From Eubacteriales bacterium (GTDB lineage Bacteria > Bacillota > Clostridia > Oscillospirales > CAG-382), in contig JAZSIT010000020.1 in the NCBI GenBank assembly GCA_045533895.1, forward strand, positions 1 through 51,940: a stretch of 51,940 bases of DNA. Reading direction: 5' to 3'. The notes beneath the pieces were generated by a model. The model was given only the letters and a program-made list of their open reading frames with translations, had not been told where the DNA came from and did no database searches. A program made the position numbers and the translations under genes. Shown here piece after piece: positions 28,183 through 37,694 of the stretch; the first letter of the stretch is position 1; each line of letters starts with the position of its first letter.

Positions 28183-28211
28183 AACAAAAACATCCTTTAA
28201 TATGTAATAAG

Positions 28212-28250
28212 CGCAACAAAAAACTGCGGCACCAGAATAGTACCACAGTT
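28212..28250 (-). terminator. terminator ending the nusA-infB-truB operon
   Basis: AACTGTGG-N13-CCGCAGTT followed by TTTTTGTTG on the minus strand. Confidence 0.65.
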
Positions 28251-28266
28251 ATGCTGTCTTATTTTG

Positions 28267-29151
28267 TTACATTTGGTCAGAAAGAAAGAATTTAATGCAT
28301 TTAAGCGTTTTTTGTCCTTCTTTTTCAATTATTTCGCCGATACCGTAAAATCCTTTCGAGCCGTACAGCTTGAATTTATCGCCGTTTTCGGCGTTAATTC
28401 CAAGCTTTTTTATTGCAACGGCTTGTCCGTTGAAAACCAGACGGTTATAGAAATCCGTTAGTTTAATCGACGGATACGGAAATATACTGTCCACCGGTAT
28501 TACATTATAGCTTCCGGCGCGTATATCTTCTTCGGTGAACGAATCCTCTTTTTTGAATTCACCCACAACCGCGCGTTCAAGAAAACTCATTGTTGCACCG
28601 CAACCCAGCTTTCCGCCTATATCCTCACAGAGTGTGCGTATGTAGGTACCTCGGGAGCAGGAAACTGTCATATAAAAGGAGCCGTCCTTTTCAAAAGGCG
28701 TAACGGAATATACGGTTATCTTCCGCGCCTCGCGCTCAACGGTAATGCCCTTCCGCGCCAGATCCACAAGCTTTTTTCCATCTCGCTTTAATGCGGAATA
28801 CATCGGCGGAATCTGCATAATCTCGCCCTCAAAGCCTTTTGCGGCGAGTGCAAACTCCTCAAAAGAGGGAAGTGAGCCCTCGTGCTCGGCAAGTATAGAC
28901 CCCGTAATATCACCGCTGTCGGTAGTAACGCCAAGCTTTATTCCGGCAATATAAGTTTTATCGTGGTCGGTAAGATATTCGCTGGCTTTTACAGCATTTC
29001 CCAGCATTACGGGCAGAACACCGCAGGCAAGAGGGTCCAGAGTGCCGCAATGACCTGCTTTCTTTGCGCCCGTAAGCCGTTTAACGATGTTTACCGCAGT
29101 CTGGGATGTCATTCCCGTAGGCTTGTAAAAGTTTACTATTCCGTTTATCAT
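28267..29151 (-). CDS. truB: tRNA pseudouridine(55) synthase
   Basis: GHCGTLDPLACGVL catalytic motif. ATGA overlap with the upstream gene. Confidence 0.9.
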   Translation of the reverse strand: MINGIVNFYKPTGMTSQTAVNIVKRLTGAKKAGHCGTLDPLACGVLPVMLGNAVKASEYLTDHDKTYIAGIKLGVTTDSGDITGSILAEHEGSLPSFEEFALAAKGFEGEIMQIPPMYSALKRDGKKLVDLARKGITVEREARKITVYSVTPFEKDGSFYMTVSCSRGTYIRTLCEDIGGKLGCGATMSFLERAVVGEFKKEDSFTEEDIRAGSYNVIPVDSIFPYPSIKLTDFYNRLVFNGQAVAIKKLGINAENGDKFKLYGSKGFYGIGEIIEKEGQKTLKCIKFFLSDQM

Positions 29152-30095
29152 AGCTTGCCTTCCAATGCCTTAATAAGAAATTCCCTTGCTTTTTCCGGCG
29201 TTGCTTTTATACGAAACGCGGCGGCACGGGTGTGTCCTCCTCCGCCGTTTTCACGACAAAATGCCGCAACGTCAAAATATTCGTTGGAGCGCAGGGATAT
29301 CTGCGCCATATCTCCCTTGGGGCGGATAAGCGCCGCTACCTCAACACCCATAATACGGCGGGGCAGCCCCTTTATTTCGTCTAAATCCGAATCGTCGGCA
29401 CCGCTTTTATCAAACACTTCCTTGGAAATGGTGACAATAGCCAGCTTGCCGTCGTAAAAGGTTTCCAGACTTTCGTATGCAGCTTTCGTAAGCATGAGAG
29501 CGGAGGCAGACATTTTGTCAAAAAGTATGCGGTTTATTGCCGCAAAATCAATTCCCGTTTCCATAAGACGTGCGGCAAGACGCATGGTTTCGGGGCGGGT
29601 GTTGGAATATCTGAATCCGCCGCTATCCGAGCTTATTCCCGCATACAGACATTCTGCCGCGTCCTTATCAATACCAACGGAAAGCTGGTCGTACAATTCG
29701 GCTATTATTTCCGAATTGGAGATATAGTTATCTCTAATAAGCAGTCTTTCGCAAGGAATGGTGTTTACCTTGTGGTGGTCAATAGAAAGGTCAAAGGGAG
29801 GCAGGGTATCCTGCATACTTCCCAGCATTGCGGGGGTGGCAACGTCTACACTTATCTTTACAGCGTTCTCGGGCACGCTTGAAAGGAAAATCTCCTTTCC
29901 GGTAAAGGGAAGGAGTTTTTCGGGAATACCGTCGGGGCAGTATGCCCACGCGGTTTTGCCCTTTTTGCGGAGAAGCATTACCAACGCGGATGCGCTGCCA
30001 ATGGTATCACCGTCCGGGGCGGCGTGGCATACTACCAGGTAATTATTATTTTGAATTAAAAACTGCGCTGTTTCCTCGTAACCTATGGTGGGCAT
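29148..30095 (-). CDS. nrnA: DHH/DHHA1 phosphoesterase (NrnA-type oligoribonuclease/pAp phosphatase)
   Basis: DGDTIGS, DHH (SIDHHKVN) and GGGGH motifs. Confidence 0.85.
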   Translation of the reverse strand: MPTIGYEETAQFLIQNNNYLVVCHAAPDGDTIGSASALVMLLRKKGKTAWAYCPDGIPEKLLPFTGKEIFLSSVPENAVKISVDVATPAMLGSMQDTLPPFDLSIDHHKVNTIPCERLLIRDNYISNSEIIAELYDQLSVGIDKDAAECLYAGISSDSGGFRYSNTRPETMRLAARLMETGIDFAAINRILFDKMSASALMLTKAAYESLETFYDGKLAIVTISKEVFDKSGADDSDLDEIKGLPRRIMGVEVAALIRPKGDMAQISLRSNEYFDVAAFCRENGGGGHTRAAAFRIKATPEKAREFLIKALEGKL

Positions 30096-30445
30096 TATTC
30101 GTTATCCTCGCTGTAGGTGATGTTTTTAAGCATTTCGGAGATGTGCAGTGCGTTTTCTGCAGATTTATCTGGAATAAACACAAGCTTGGGAGTGATGCGC
30201 AGGTTAAGTCTGGAAGCCAATTCCTTGCGGATATATCCCGCGGCGGAAGCAAGTCCTTTGTTAACACCGTTGTCCTGACCAAGCACGCTGTAGTAAACCT
30301 TGGCATAGGAAAGGTCTTTTGTTACCTCACAGCCGGTTATACTTACAAACGCCTGTGTAATCCTCGGGTCTTTTACTGTGCGGAGTATTTCGGTTATCTC
30401 TCTGGATGTTTCTTCGTTTATTTTATCCTGTCTGAAAGAACCCAT
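30095..30445 (-). CDS. rbfA: ribosome-binding factor A
   Basis: Size, position after infB, DPRI...VTGCEVTKDLSYAKVY pattern. Confidence 0.9.
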   Translation of the reverse strand: MGSFRQDKINEETSREITEILRTVKDPRITQAFVSITGCEVTKDLSYAKVYYSVLGQDNGVNKGLASAAGYIRKELASRLNLRITPKLVFIPDKSAENALHISEMLKNITYSEDNE

Positions 30446-32805
30446 CAGCGTTCAATTTCCTCCATAGTATAGGCTTCCAAAATGTCGCCTATCTTAATAT
30501 CGTTGAATTTTTCAAGCCCTATACCGCATTCAAAGGACTGGAGAACTTCTCTTGCATCGTCCTTAAAGCGCTTGAGAGAGGATATCTTATCCTCGTAAAT
30601 AATCTCACCGGAGCGGAGTACGCGGATGCTTGCGTTTCTGGTAACCTTACCGTCGGTAACATAAGAACCTGCAATAGTTCCGACATTGGGCACGCGGATA
30701 GTCTGTCGCACCTCTGCTCTTCCGAGAATAACCTCGCGGAACTTGGGAGCGAGCATACCCTTCATAGCGGCGGAAACCTCGTCCAAGCATTCGTAGATTA
30801 CGCGGTAGGTGCGTACATCAACCTTATCACGGGTTGCCATATCAAGAGCAACTCTGTCGGGACGGATATTAAAGCCGATAATGATGGCGTTGGATGCAGA
30901 AGCCAGCATTACGTCGGATTCGTTTATAGCACCGGTAGCGGCGTGAATTACGTTTACTTTGACTTCCTCGTTGGAGAGTCTTACAAGAGATGCCTTAACA
31001 GCCTCGGCACTACCCTGAACGTCAGCCTTAACGATGATGTTAAGTGTCTTTACGCCGGAACCGATCTGGTTAAAGAGATCCTCAAGATTTGCCTTTGCTT
31101 CTGCCTTGAACTGCTCTTCCTTTTCCTTGGTCTTACGCTGTTCAACAAGCTCTTTTGCAAGACGCTCATCGGATACTGCGCGGAAGGAATCACCTGCGGC
31201 AGGCACTTCGGAAAGACCCATTATTTCAACGGGAGTGGAAGGACCTGCTTCTTTTACCTTTTCCCCCTTGTCGTTGGTCATAGAACGAATACGGCCTACG
31301 GTAGAGCCTGCGATGATATAATCGCCTACGTGAAGCGTACCGTTCTGAACAAGTACCGTTGCAACAGAGCCTCTGCCTTTATCCAGCTTTGCCTCGATAA
31401 CTGCGCCCTGTGCGGGACGTGAGGGATTGGCTGTAAGCTCCATCATATCTGCGGAAAGGGTAATCATTTCCAGCAGCTCGTCAATACCCTGACGCTTAAG
31501 TGCGGATACGGGTACTACTATAGTGTCGCCGCCCCATTCTTCGGGAAGCAGCTCGTAATTGGTAAGCTCCTGCTTAACTCTGTCGGGGTCGGCGGCAGGA
31601 CGGTCCATCTTGTTTATAGCAACTATAATGCTTACGCCTGCGGCTTTTGCATGGTTGATAGCCTCAATAGTCTGGGGCATAATACCATCGTCTGCGGCAA
31701 CTACAAGTACTGCGATATCTGTAAGGTTTGCACCTCTTGCACGCATTGCGGTAAAGGCTTCGTGACCGGGAGTATCAAGGAAAGTAATGGGCTTTCCGTT
31801 AACCTCTACGCTGTACGCACCGATATGCTGGGTAATACCGCCTGCTTCGCCTGCGGTAACACGGGTATCACGGATAGCGTCCAGAAGGGAAGTCTTACCG
31901 TGGTCAACGTGACCCATAACAACTATAACAGGTGCACGGGGCTTAAGATCCTCCGCCTTGTCCTCTTCTTCGGTAAACAGCTTATCTTCGATAGTAACAA
32001 CAACTTCTTTGGTTACCTTAATTCCGAATTCATCTGCTATAAGGTACGCGGTATCGTAATCGATAGCCTCGTTAACGGTAGCCATAACGCCCATAAGCAT
32101 AAGCTTTTTAATAACCTCGCCTGCGGCGGTCTTCATTCTGGACGCAAGCTCACCAACCGTAATCTCATCGGGTACGGTTATGGAAAGCTGTACGGGCTTG
32201 GGCTTTTGCTGCTGTTTCTGCTGGGGCTTGTTGTTTCTGTTATCACCGGGACGGCGCTGCTCCTGCTGACCGTTGCGGTTGTTATTGTTCTTTTTCTTAA
32301 GCTTTTGCTTTCCACCTGCTGCGGAAGCGGCGTTTCCTGCCAAAGTATCGTACTTTTCGTCATACTTGGAAAGGTCAACGCTGGCAGTACCTCTGGTATC
32401 TACCACGCGCACTTCGCCTCTTACCTTTTGCTTTTGAGGCTGCTGCTGGGGAATAGGCTTGCCCTGCTTGATAGCCTGCTCCTGAAGCTTCTTTTGCTTT
32501 TCAGCCTTTGCGGCTGCTTTAGCTTCGTTTTTCTTTTTCTCCTCAGCATCGCGCTTCGCTTGTTCTTCTGCTTTCTTTGCGTCTATCTTGTCCTGATAAG
32601 ATTTGAAAAACGCGGTTATATCTATCTGGCTCTGCTGGGTATAGTACTCGAATATTATACTCAGTTCTGCCGGCTCCAATGCGGTCATATGGCTCTTATT
32701 ACCCATGCCGTGTGCCGCGAGCAGGTCAATTATGTCCTTGCTCTTGACATTAAGATCCTTTGCCAGAGCGTTAACCCTGTATTTATTATCTCCTGTCGTA
32801 GCCAT
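30445..32805 (-). CDS. infB: translation initiation factor IF-2
   Basis: [12 protein letters not shown] and DTPGHEAF GTPase motifs. ATG at 32805 after GGAGG. K/Q/N-rich N-terminal linker. Confidence 0.95.
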   Translation of the reverse strand: MATTGDNKYRVNALAKDLNVKSKDIIDLLAAHGMGNKSHMTALEPAELSIIFEYYTQQSQIDITAFFKSYQDKIDAKKAEEQAKRDAEEKKKNEAKAAAKAEKQKKLQEQAIKQGKPIPQQQPQKQKVRGEVRVVDTRGTASVDLSKYDEKYDTLAGNAASAAGGKQKLKKKNNNNRNGQQEQRRPGDNRNNKPQQKQQQKPKPVQLSITVPDEITVGELASRMKTAAGEVIKKLMLMGVMATVNEAIDYDTAYLIADEFGIKVTKEVVVTIEDKLFTEEEDKAEDLKPRAPVIVVMGHVDHGKTSLLDAIRDTRVTAGEAGGITQHIGAYSVEVNGKPITFLDTPGHEAFTAMRARGANLTDIAVLVVAADDGIMPQTIEAINHAKAAGVSIIVAINKMDRPAADPDRVKQELTNYELLPEEWGGDTIVVPVSALKRQGIDELLEMITLSADMMELTANPSRPAQGAVIEAKLDKGRGSVATVLVQNGTLHVGDYIIAGSTVGRIRSMTNDKGEKVKEAGPSTPVEIMGLSEVPAAGDSFRAVSDERLAKELVEQRKTKEKEEQFKAEAKANLEDLFNQIGSGVKTLNIIVKADVQGSAEAVKASLVRLSNEEVKVNVIHAATGAINESDVMLASASNAIIIGFNIRPDRVALDMATRDKVDVRTYRVIYECLDEVSAAMKGMLAPKFREVILGRAEVRQTIRVPNVGTIAGSYVTDGKVTRNASIRVLRSGEIIYEDKISSLKRFKDDAREVLQSFECGIGLEKFNDIKIGDILEAYTMEEIER

Positions 32806-32806
32806 A

Positions 32807-33112
32807 TCAGTTACCTCCCAATATTTTCTTAACGGCGGATGCAAAGCCTTGGTCGTTTACCGAAACACAGGCAGTGGCGGTTTTGCCAAAGGCCTTACCA
32901 AAGGCTTCCGTACTTACGGGTATGAATACGGTTTCGGTTTTGTAATACGCCGTTTTGTCGTTGATAAGCTTTTTTGTTCCTTCGGATACGCTTTCCGATG
33001 CTACTACAAGCACGGCTTTTCCTTTGCGTACCGATTCCATGGTATTTTCAGTGCCTACCGAAAGTCTTCCTGCCTTTTTGGCAAGTCCCAGCAGGCTTAA
33101 AAGTTTTGTCAT
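32807..33112 (-). CDS. ylxQ: L7Ae/L30e-family RNA-binding protein (YlxQ-like)
   Basis: Size and position between ylxR and inf[13 protein letters not shown] motif. Confidence 0.8.
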   Translation of the reverse strand: MTKLLSLLGLAKKAGRLSVGTENTMESVRKGKAVLVVASESVSEGTKKLINDKTAYYKTETVFIPVSTEAFGKAFGKTATACVSVNDQGFASAVKKILGGN

Positions 33113-33372
33113 TTATCCTCCGCTTTAACGGAAAGGGCGTTGTAAAGCTCCTCCGGTACGGATATCTGCAATGCCCGTTCAATTCTGCGGGCTTTTTTTG
33201 CGTTTTTAACGCATTCGGGATTATTGCAGATATAACAGCCTCTGCCGTTTGCTTTTCCGGTAGGGTCAATTACTGCGGTGTTTTCCGTCCGCACGATTCT
33301 TACAAGCTCGTGCTTAAGCTTTTTTTCTCCGCAGGATACACATTTTCTTACGGGATAAACTTTTTCTGTCAA
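33109..33372 (-). CDS. ylxR: YlxR/RnpM (DUF448) RNA-binding protein
   Basis: RKCVSCGEKK...ELVRIV...GRGCYIC pattern. TTG start overlapping the nusA stop (TTGA). Confidence 0.85.
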   Translation of the reverse strand: MTEKVYPVRKCVSCGEKKLKHELVRIVRTENTAVIDPTGKANGRGCYICNNPECVKNAKKARRIERALQISVPEELYNALSVKAEDK

Positions 33373-34439
33373 GCGTTATCAACCTCTGTTCCGTTGCTTT
33401 CTACGCTTTTACTGCTTTTAATATCTATCTTGCAGCCGGTTAATTTCGCCGCAAGACGTGCGTTCTGACCTTCTTTACCGATAGCCAGCGAAAGCTGGTC
33501 ATCGCTGACGACAACTCTGAATGCTTTTTCATTATCGTCAATTCTGTTAATGGAAATAACAGATGCGGGAGCGAGAGCGGCGGAAACAAACTTCTCATAA
33601 TCTTCGCTGTAAGGGATAATGTCTATTTTTTCGCCGGACAGCTCGTTGGTTATGCTGTTTTTTCTTGCTCCTCTTGAGCCTATGCAAGCGCCGATAGGGT
33701 CAACGTTAGGGTCGTTGGACATAACGGCAATTTTTGTTCTGCTTCCCGCTTCTCTTGCAACGGATTTAATTTCTACCGTTCCGTCTGCGATTTCGGGAAC
33801 CTCAAGCTCAAAGAGTCTGCGCACGAGACCGGGATGAGTTCTGGAAAGAACTACGGAAGGACCGCGTCCTTCGCGCTTGATCTCGGTAACGTATACCTTA
33901 ACTCTGTCGCCTACGTTAAGTGTCTCGCCGTTTATCTGCTCATGACGGAAGAGTGCCATTTCGTTACTGCCAAGTTCAAGGGTAGCGTGTCCGGAAGTGG
34001 GATCAACTCTTACAACCACACCGGTTACTATTTTATCCTGCTTGTCTTCGTATTCCTTTACCATCATGCCGTGTTCTGCTTCGCGGATGGACTGAACGAT
34101 TACCTGCTTTGCGGTCTGTGCGGCAATACGGCAGAATTCCTTGGTTTTTATCTCTATCTGATATTCGTCGCCCAACTGGTATCTCTTGCTCTTTTCGCGA
34201 GCCTGTTCAAGAGAAATCTCGGTACGGGGATCCTCAACGGTTTCAACAACAGTGAGAAGTTTGTAAAGGCGGAGGTCGTTTTTAGCCTCGTCCAGTTTTA
34301 CTCTTGCGTTGGTAAGTCCGCCGGAATCCTTTTTGAAAGCCGCCAGAAGTGCCGCTTCCGTGCGTTCAATCATATAGTCCTTGGGGATGCCCTTTTCTCT
34401 CTCAAGGGCAGCGAGGGATTCGAAAAATTCCTTGTTCAT
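33369..34439 (-). CDS. nusA: transcription termination/antitermination factor NusA
   Basis: N-terminal domain, S1 and two KH domains are recognisable (GDRVKVYV..., IGACIGSRGARKN, AIGKEGQNARLAAKLTG). Confidence 0.95.
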   Translation of the reverse strand: MNKEFFESLAALEREKGIPKDYMIERTEAALLAAFKKDSGGLTNARVKLDEAKNDLRLYKLLTVVETVEDPRTEISLEQAREKSKRYQLGDEYQIEIKTKEFCRIAAQTAKQVIVQSIREAEHGMMVKEYEDKQDKIVTGVVVRVDPTSGHATLELGSNEMALFRHEQINGETLNVGDRVKVYVTEIKREGRGPSVVLSRTHPGLVRRLFELEVPEIADGTVEIKSVAREAGSRTKIAVMSNDPNVDPIGACIGSRGARKNSITNELSGEKIDIIPYSEDYEKFVSAALAPASVISINRIDDNEKAFRVVVSDDQLSLAIGKEGQNARLAAKLTGCKIDIKSSKSVESNGTEVDNA

Positions 34440-34458
34440 TTTTTAGTTCTGTCCTCCG

Positions 34459-34908
34459 TTATTCAAGAATCGAAGTCATCTTCGATATTAATTTACGCTC
34501 GATTACCGTTTCGCCGACGGTTACCGTATCCTTGTTAAAGCCGGTTATAACACCGCTTTTTTCTTTACTGCCGTCAACTGCGGCAAAAAGCTTGAATTCT
34601 GTGTTCCATTTTTCCTCCATCGCGCGCTCAATGTGGGCGTCGGTACGAAGTACGCGGGTAAGTCCCGCGCCGGAAACAATAAGTGAATACGCTTGCTCAA
34701 TAGGGTCAGCCTCGTCAAGGAGGGGGTTAATGGTGTTGGATGCCTTCTGGCAATCCTCCAGAGAAAAGCCGTTCTCTCCCTCAAGCTCAACTTCCAGTAT
34801 CTGCTCGCCGCCCTCTTTGTAGAAGGTTACGTCCCATACGGAATAACCCATCTCTGCCATTGTGGGCTCAACCAGAGCGCGTACTATAGTAGCGATGTTT
34901 TGCTTCAT
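34459..34908 (-). CDS. rimP: ribosome maturation factor RimP
   Basis: Position before nusA, typical length. ATG at 34908 lies 9 nt after AGAGGTG. The ORF-track GTG at 34920 is inside the SD. Confidence 0.9.
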   Translation of the reverse strand: MKQNIATIVRALVEPTMAEMGYSVWDVTFYKEGGEQILEVELEGENGFSLEDCQKASNTINPLLDEADPIEQAYSLIVSGAGLTRVLRTDAHIERAMEEKWNTEFKLFAAVDGSKEKSGVITGFNKDTVTVGETVIERKLISKMTSILE

Positions 34909-34931
34909 GTTTTTGTTCACCTCTAAAATTT

Positions 34932-34966
34932 CGTAAAAATCAAGAGTGGGCGTTGACCCACTCTTG
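34932..34966 (-). terminator. intrinsic terminator hairpin inside the rimP-nusA 5-prime UTR (also terminates the NYN gene)
   Basis: CAAGAGTGGG-N6-CCCACTCTTG followed by ATTTTTACG on the minus strand. Lies between the operon promoter and the rimP SD. Confidence 0.65.
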
Positions 34967-34992
34967 AAACTTTACATTCATCTACTAAACAC

Positions 34993-35021
34993 AGTATAAC
35001 ACAATATTTTGCGTTTTGCAA
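34993..35021 (-). promoter_or_regulatory. sigma-A-type promoter of the rimP-nusA-infB operon
   Basis: TTGCAA (35021-35016), N17, TATACT (34998-34993). Confidence 0.6.
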
Positions 35022-35035
35022 TAGTTTTATGCAAA

Positions 35036-35848
35036 TTATTGTGCTAAAAATCCGCTATTTTCGACTTTTTCCCAATCTGTAAACAGACCTGTTACCTTTT
35101 TGCTTTTATTTTTACCCGAATAACTGGTTACCGTGTGTGTGGAAATGTATCCTTTTTCAATAAGCTTGTTAATTGCATCGGTAACTTTTGCGGTGGTTGC
35201 GGTCTTGCTTAATGTGCAAACTGCTTTTACGGTTTTTTCAAATGTGGGAATATCACGGGTGTTGTCGTTTTGCGCTTGCTTGAGGACATCGAATATAAGA
35301 CGGTAATAAGACCCGTTCATATCCGCTTCGGTGGGTAGGGTTACACACCAGCTTGCAGTTTGGCGGAGCTGACGGGAAAAAGAATCCTCAATTCCGTATA
35401 TTCCAACATCTTTTTTACAAAAATTCTTTAAGAAAGACACTACCGAACTGAAATGTCCGTCTCCGGAAAAGATGATGAATGTGTCTATATCCTCCGATGA
35501 CAGTGCTTTTTGATAAATATTGTCAAGAATAATAAAATCGGTAAAGTCCTTTTTTACGCCTGTGGTGTTGCGCGTATCGATAATACGGTTGGAATAAGGG
35601 CGGATACGGGAAATCTGGTCGGCAAGGGATTTATGGGAAAAGTCTGCAAAAAATGAAACCTCTACCAGATTAACTTTTGTGTTCAGTTCTTCAAACCACC
35701 CTTTGATGTTTGGTTGGATGCCGAAATTTCGCTTGAGAGAGATGTACCAATGCTCGTAGTCCACAAAAGCTACTGCTTTGGGCAGACCGTTGTTAAGTGA
35801 TATGGTTCTGCTTGGCTCCTCAGACGGTTTTCTTTTGAACAGCGAAAT
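35036..35848 (-). CDS. NYN (LabA-like) domain protein with C-terminal winged-helix-like domain; probable ATT start
   Basis: VAFVDYEHW beta-1 and IIFSGDGHFSSV motifs of the NYN/LabA fold. GGAGG lies 8 nt upstream of an in-frame ATT at 35848. No ATG/GTG/TTG lies between the upstream in-frame TAA and the GTG at 35764. Confidence 0.7.
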   Translation of the reverse strand: MSLFKRKPSEEPSRTISLNNGLPKAVAFVDYEHWYISLKRNFGIQPNIKGWFEELNTKVNLVEVSFFADFSHKSLADQISRIRPYSNRIIDTRNTTGVKKDFTDFIILDNIYQKALSSEDIDTFIIFSGDGHFSSVVSFLKNFCKKDVGIYGIEDSFSRQLRQTASWCVTLPTEADMNGSYYRLIFDVLKQAQNDNTRDIPTFEKTVKAVCTLSKTATTAKVTDAINKLIEKGYISTHTVTSYSGKNKSKKVTGLFTDWEKVENSGFLAQ

Positions 35849-35886
35849 GCTTTTTACCTCCTTTCTTTTTTACATTCACCGTTTTT

Positions 35887-35914
35887 ATTATACACCATAA
35901 ACCAAAAATGTCAA
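35887..35914 (-). promoter_or_regulatory. sigma-A-type promoter of the NYN-domain gene
   Basis: TTGACA (35914-35909), N16, TATAAT (35892-35887). It straddles the sigE stop codon. Confidence 0.6.
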
Positions 35915-36621
35915 GTTGACAAGTCCTCTTTTAAGTGGGTAATTATCCGCTTTTCCAGCCTTGATATGTATGATTGGGATATTCCCAGTTCATCTGCCAC
36001 TTCCTTTTGGGTTTTTTCTTTTCCGTCACTGCCTTCCGCCAGCCCGAAACGAAGTTCTATTATACGACGTTCCCGCTCTGGTAGCTTATGTATGGCACGG
36101 CGGACGGTGCGTTTTTCTTCGCTTTCTTCCAGCATTCGGTAAACAAAATCGCTGTCTGTTCCCAACAGGTCGGAAAGCAGCAATTCATTCCCGTCCCAAT
36201 CCACGTTCAGCGGCTCATCAAGAGACATTTCGCACCCGCGGGATGCGTTTTTTCTTATATACATAAGTATCTCGTTCTCTATACAGCGCGATGCGTAGGT
36301 GGCAAGCTTTATCTGCTTATCCGCCTTGAATGTGTTTACCGCTTTCATAAGTCCGATAGTGCCTATGGAAATAAGGTCTTCGATACCTATATTGGTGCTT
36401 TCGAATTTTCTCGCGATATACACAACCAGCCGAAGATTATGTTCGATAAGTATACGTTTTGCTTCCTCATCGTCCGGTAATTTTTCAGTGAGTGATGCTT
36501 CTTCTTCTCTTGAAAGCGGAGGCGGGAGCACCTGTGCACCGTTTATATAAAATACCTCCTGCTGCATTCCCAGTAGTTGTCTTATCCATTCAAGGGCAAT
36601 AGTCATTTTCATAAATTGCAT
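35911..36621 (-). CDS. sigE: RNA polymerase sporulation sigma factor SigE (pro-sigma-E)
   Basis: Pro-sequence followed by [17 protein letters not shown]. Regions 2 and 4 are conserved. Lies immediately downstream of spoIIGA. Confidence 0.9.
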   Translation of the reverse strand: MQFMKMTIALEWIRQLLGMQQEVFYINGAQVLPPPLSREEEASLTEKLPDDEEAKRILIEHNLRLVVYIARKFESTNIGIEDLISIGTIGLMKAVNTFKADKQIKLATYASRCIENEILMYIRKNASRGCEMSLDEPLNVDWDGNELLLSDLLGTDSDFVYRMLEESEEKRTVRRAIHKLPERERRIIELRFGLAEGSDGKEKTQKEVADELGISQSYISRLEKRIITHLKEDLST

Positions 36622-36635
36622 TTTTTCACCTTTTA

Positions 36636-37418
36636 TTATATCGGGGGCATAAGCCCGTCGTAAGTGTTGGTAAAGCGGTTAGCTGCGGTAAGGGCGATAA
36701 CTGCCCGTACCTCCCGTTTTTTTGTTTTTCCGAATTCCCTCACCACACATTTTTCGGGTCGGAATCCGTACAGAATATCACTGCCCGCCGCAGTCTTGAC
36801 GGGAATTACACGCATCGGTAGAGGAAGTGTCCCTTTCCCGATATCATCAAATTGAGCGCCGAACACGTTTTTTGACACTACAATTACCGGATCCATTGAT
36901 ATAGGGTCTGTCAGCATATTTCCGTTGTCCTTCAGAAGAAAGGCTTTATATTCGTTGCCCAAAACCGTAATATACGCATGTACCGCGCCGGATGCGGTGC
37001 TTTTTTTGCAAACGTACAGATACCCTCCAGTAAGCGCCAATGCTGTAAGAATACATGTCACCGCACCGGCAGTTCCCATGGAAGCTATGACCCCTTCGTT
37101 CTTTCCCGCCATGTAAAACACGCCGTAAACCAAACCGCCCGCCAGTGCGGAAGTAAGCACAAATACCGCCGCATTGAGAAAGGGGCGCTTTTTGCCGAAC
37201 ACTATAAGGCAAATAATCAAGGCGGCGCCAAGATGAAAGGGAAGTATGGTTTTTACAAACAGACACATTACGGCGTACAGTGTTCCGAACAGCGCACCGC
37301 ATAAAAGTCTCCACCATTTGAAAGGCGTGTTGGTTATCCGCGCCGAAATATACAAAAACAGCGTGTCAAATAGCATATTTAACATGAAATATATATCGGC
37401 ATAAACGGTTACTGTCAT
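36636..37418 (-). CDS. spoIIGA: sigma-E processing peptidase SpoIIGA
   Basis: Five N-terminal TM segments ([14 protein letters not shown]...) and a C-terminal aspartic-protease-like [12 protein letters not shown] motif. Confidence 0.85.
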   Translation of the reverse strand: MTVTVYADIYFMLNMLFDTLFLYISARITNTPFKWWRLLCGALFGTLYAVMCLFVKTILPFHLGAALIICLIVFGKKRPFLNAAVFVLTSALAGGLVYGVFYMAGKNEGVIASMGTAGAVTCILTALALTGGYLYVCKKSTASGAVHAYITVLGNEYKAFLLKDNGNMLTDPISMDPVIVVSKNVFGAQFDDIGKGTLPLPMRVIPVKTAAGSDILYGFRPEKCVVREFGKTKKREVRAVIALTAANRFTNTYDGLMPPI

Positions 37419-37517
37419 AGTCCGCCCTCTTTTTTAACAAAGTATAACTCCCCAGGGGAGTAAATGTTGTCATTTTCTGGAAGGCAAATACATATTTTTT
37501 ACAGAGGTGAACTGTTA

Positions 37518-37691
37518 ATGAAGAAAAAAACAACTGCCATACGCGGCAGGCTTGTATATTGTATATTTCCTGCGCTGTTGCTTGCTGTTGCCGTATGTGT
37601 TTACGCAACGGCGTTTCTGCCGGTATCCGCCGGAAGCAAAGCACCGTCTTACAGCGTATTTGAACTTATTTCTGACTTTCTGGAGGGATGA
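37518..37691 (+). CDS. small single-pass membrane protein (57 aa), hypothetical
   Basis: ATG at 37518 lies 8 nt after AGAGGTG. Basic N-terminus then a hydrophobic helix (LVYCIFPALLLAVAVCVYATAFL). The stop TGA at 37689 is in the same frame as the downstream M50 gene. Confidence 0.45.
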   Translation: MKKKTTAIRGRLVYCIFPALLLAVAVCVYATAFLPVSAGSKAPSYSVFELISDFLEG

Positions 37692-37694
37692 TCT

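Noticed and set aside
27350-28207. 285-aa ORF antisense to the ParB-like gene, covering it end to end
   Set aside because: The Ser/Leu/Phe-rich sequence is the mirror of a Lys/Glu/Arg-rich sense gene. It has no SD and no recognisable motif. The sense strand has GERRxKAA and HTH motifs.
31651-32832. 393-aa ORF antisense to infB
   Set aside because: Also a codon-aligned shadow of a highly conserved gene. It is Leu/Val/Gly/Cys-rich with no start context.
37689-37691. In-frame TGA between the small TM ORF and the M50 protease, considered as selenocysteine or read-through
   Set aside because: TGA is used as an ordinary stop for many genes here, such as infB and dnaE. No convincing SECIS-like hairpin follows it. 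An ATT start with ideal SD spacing explains the downstream gene more simply.
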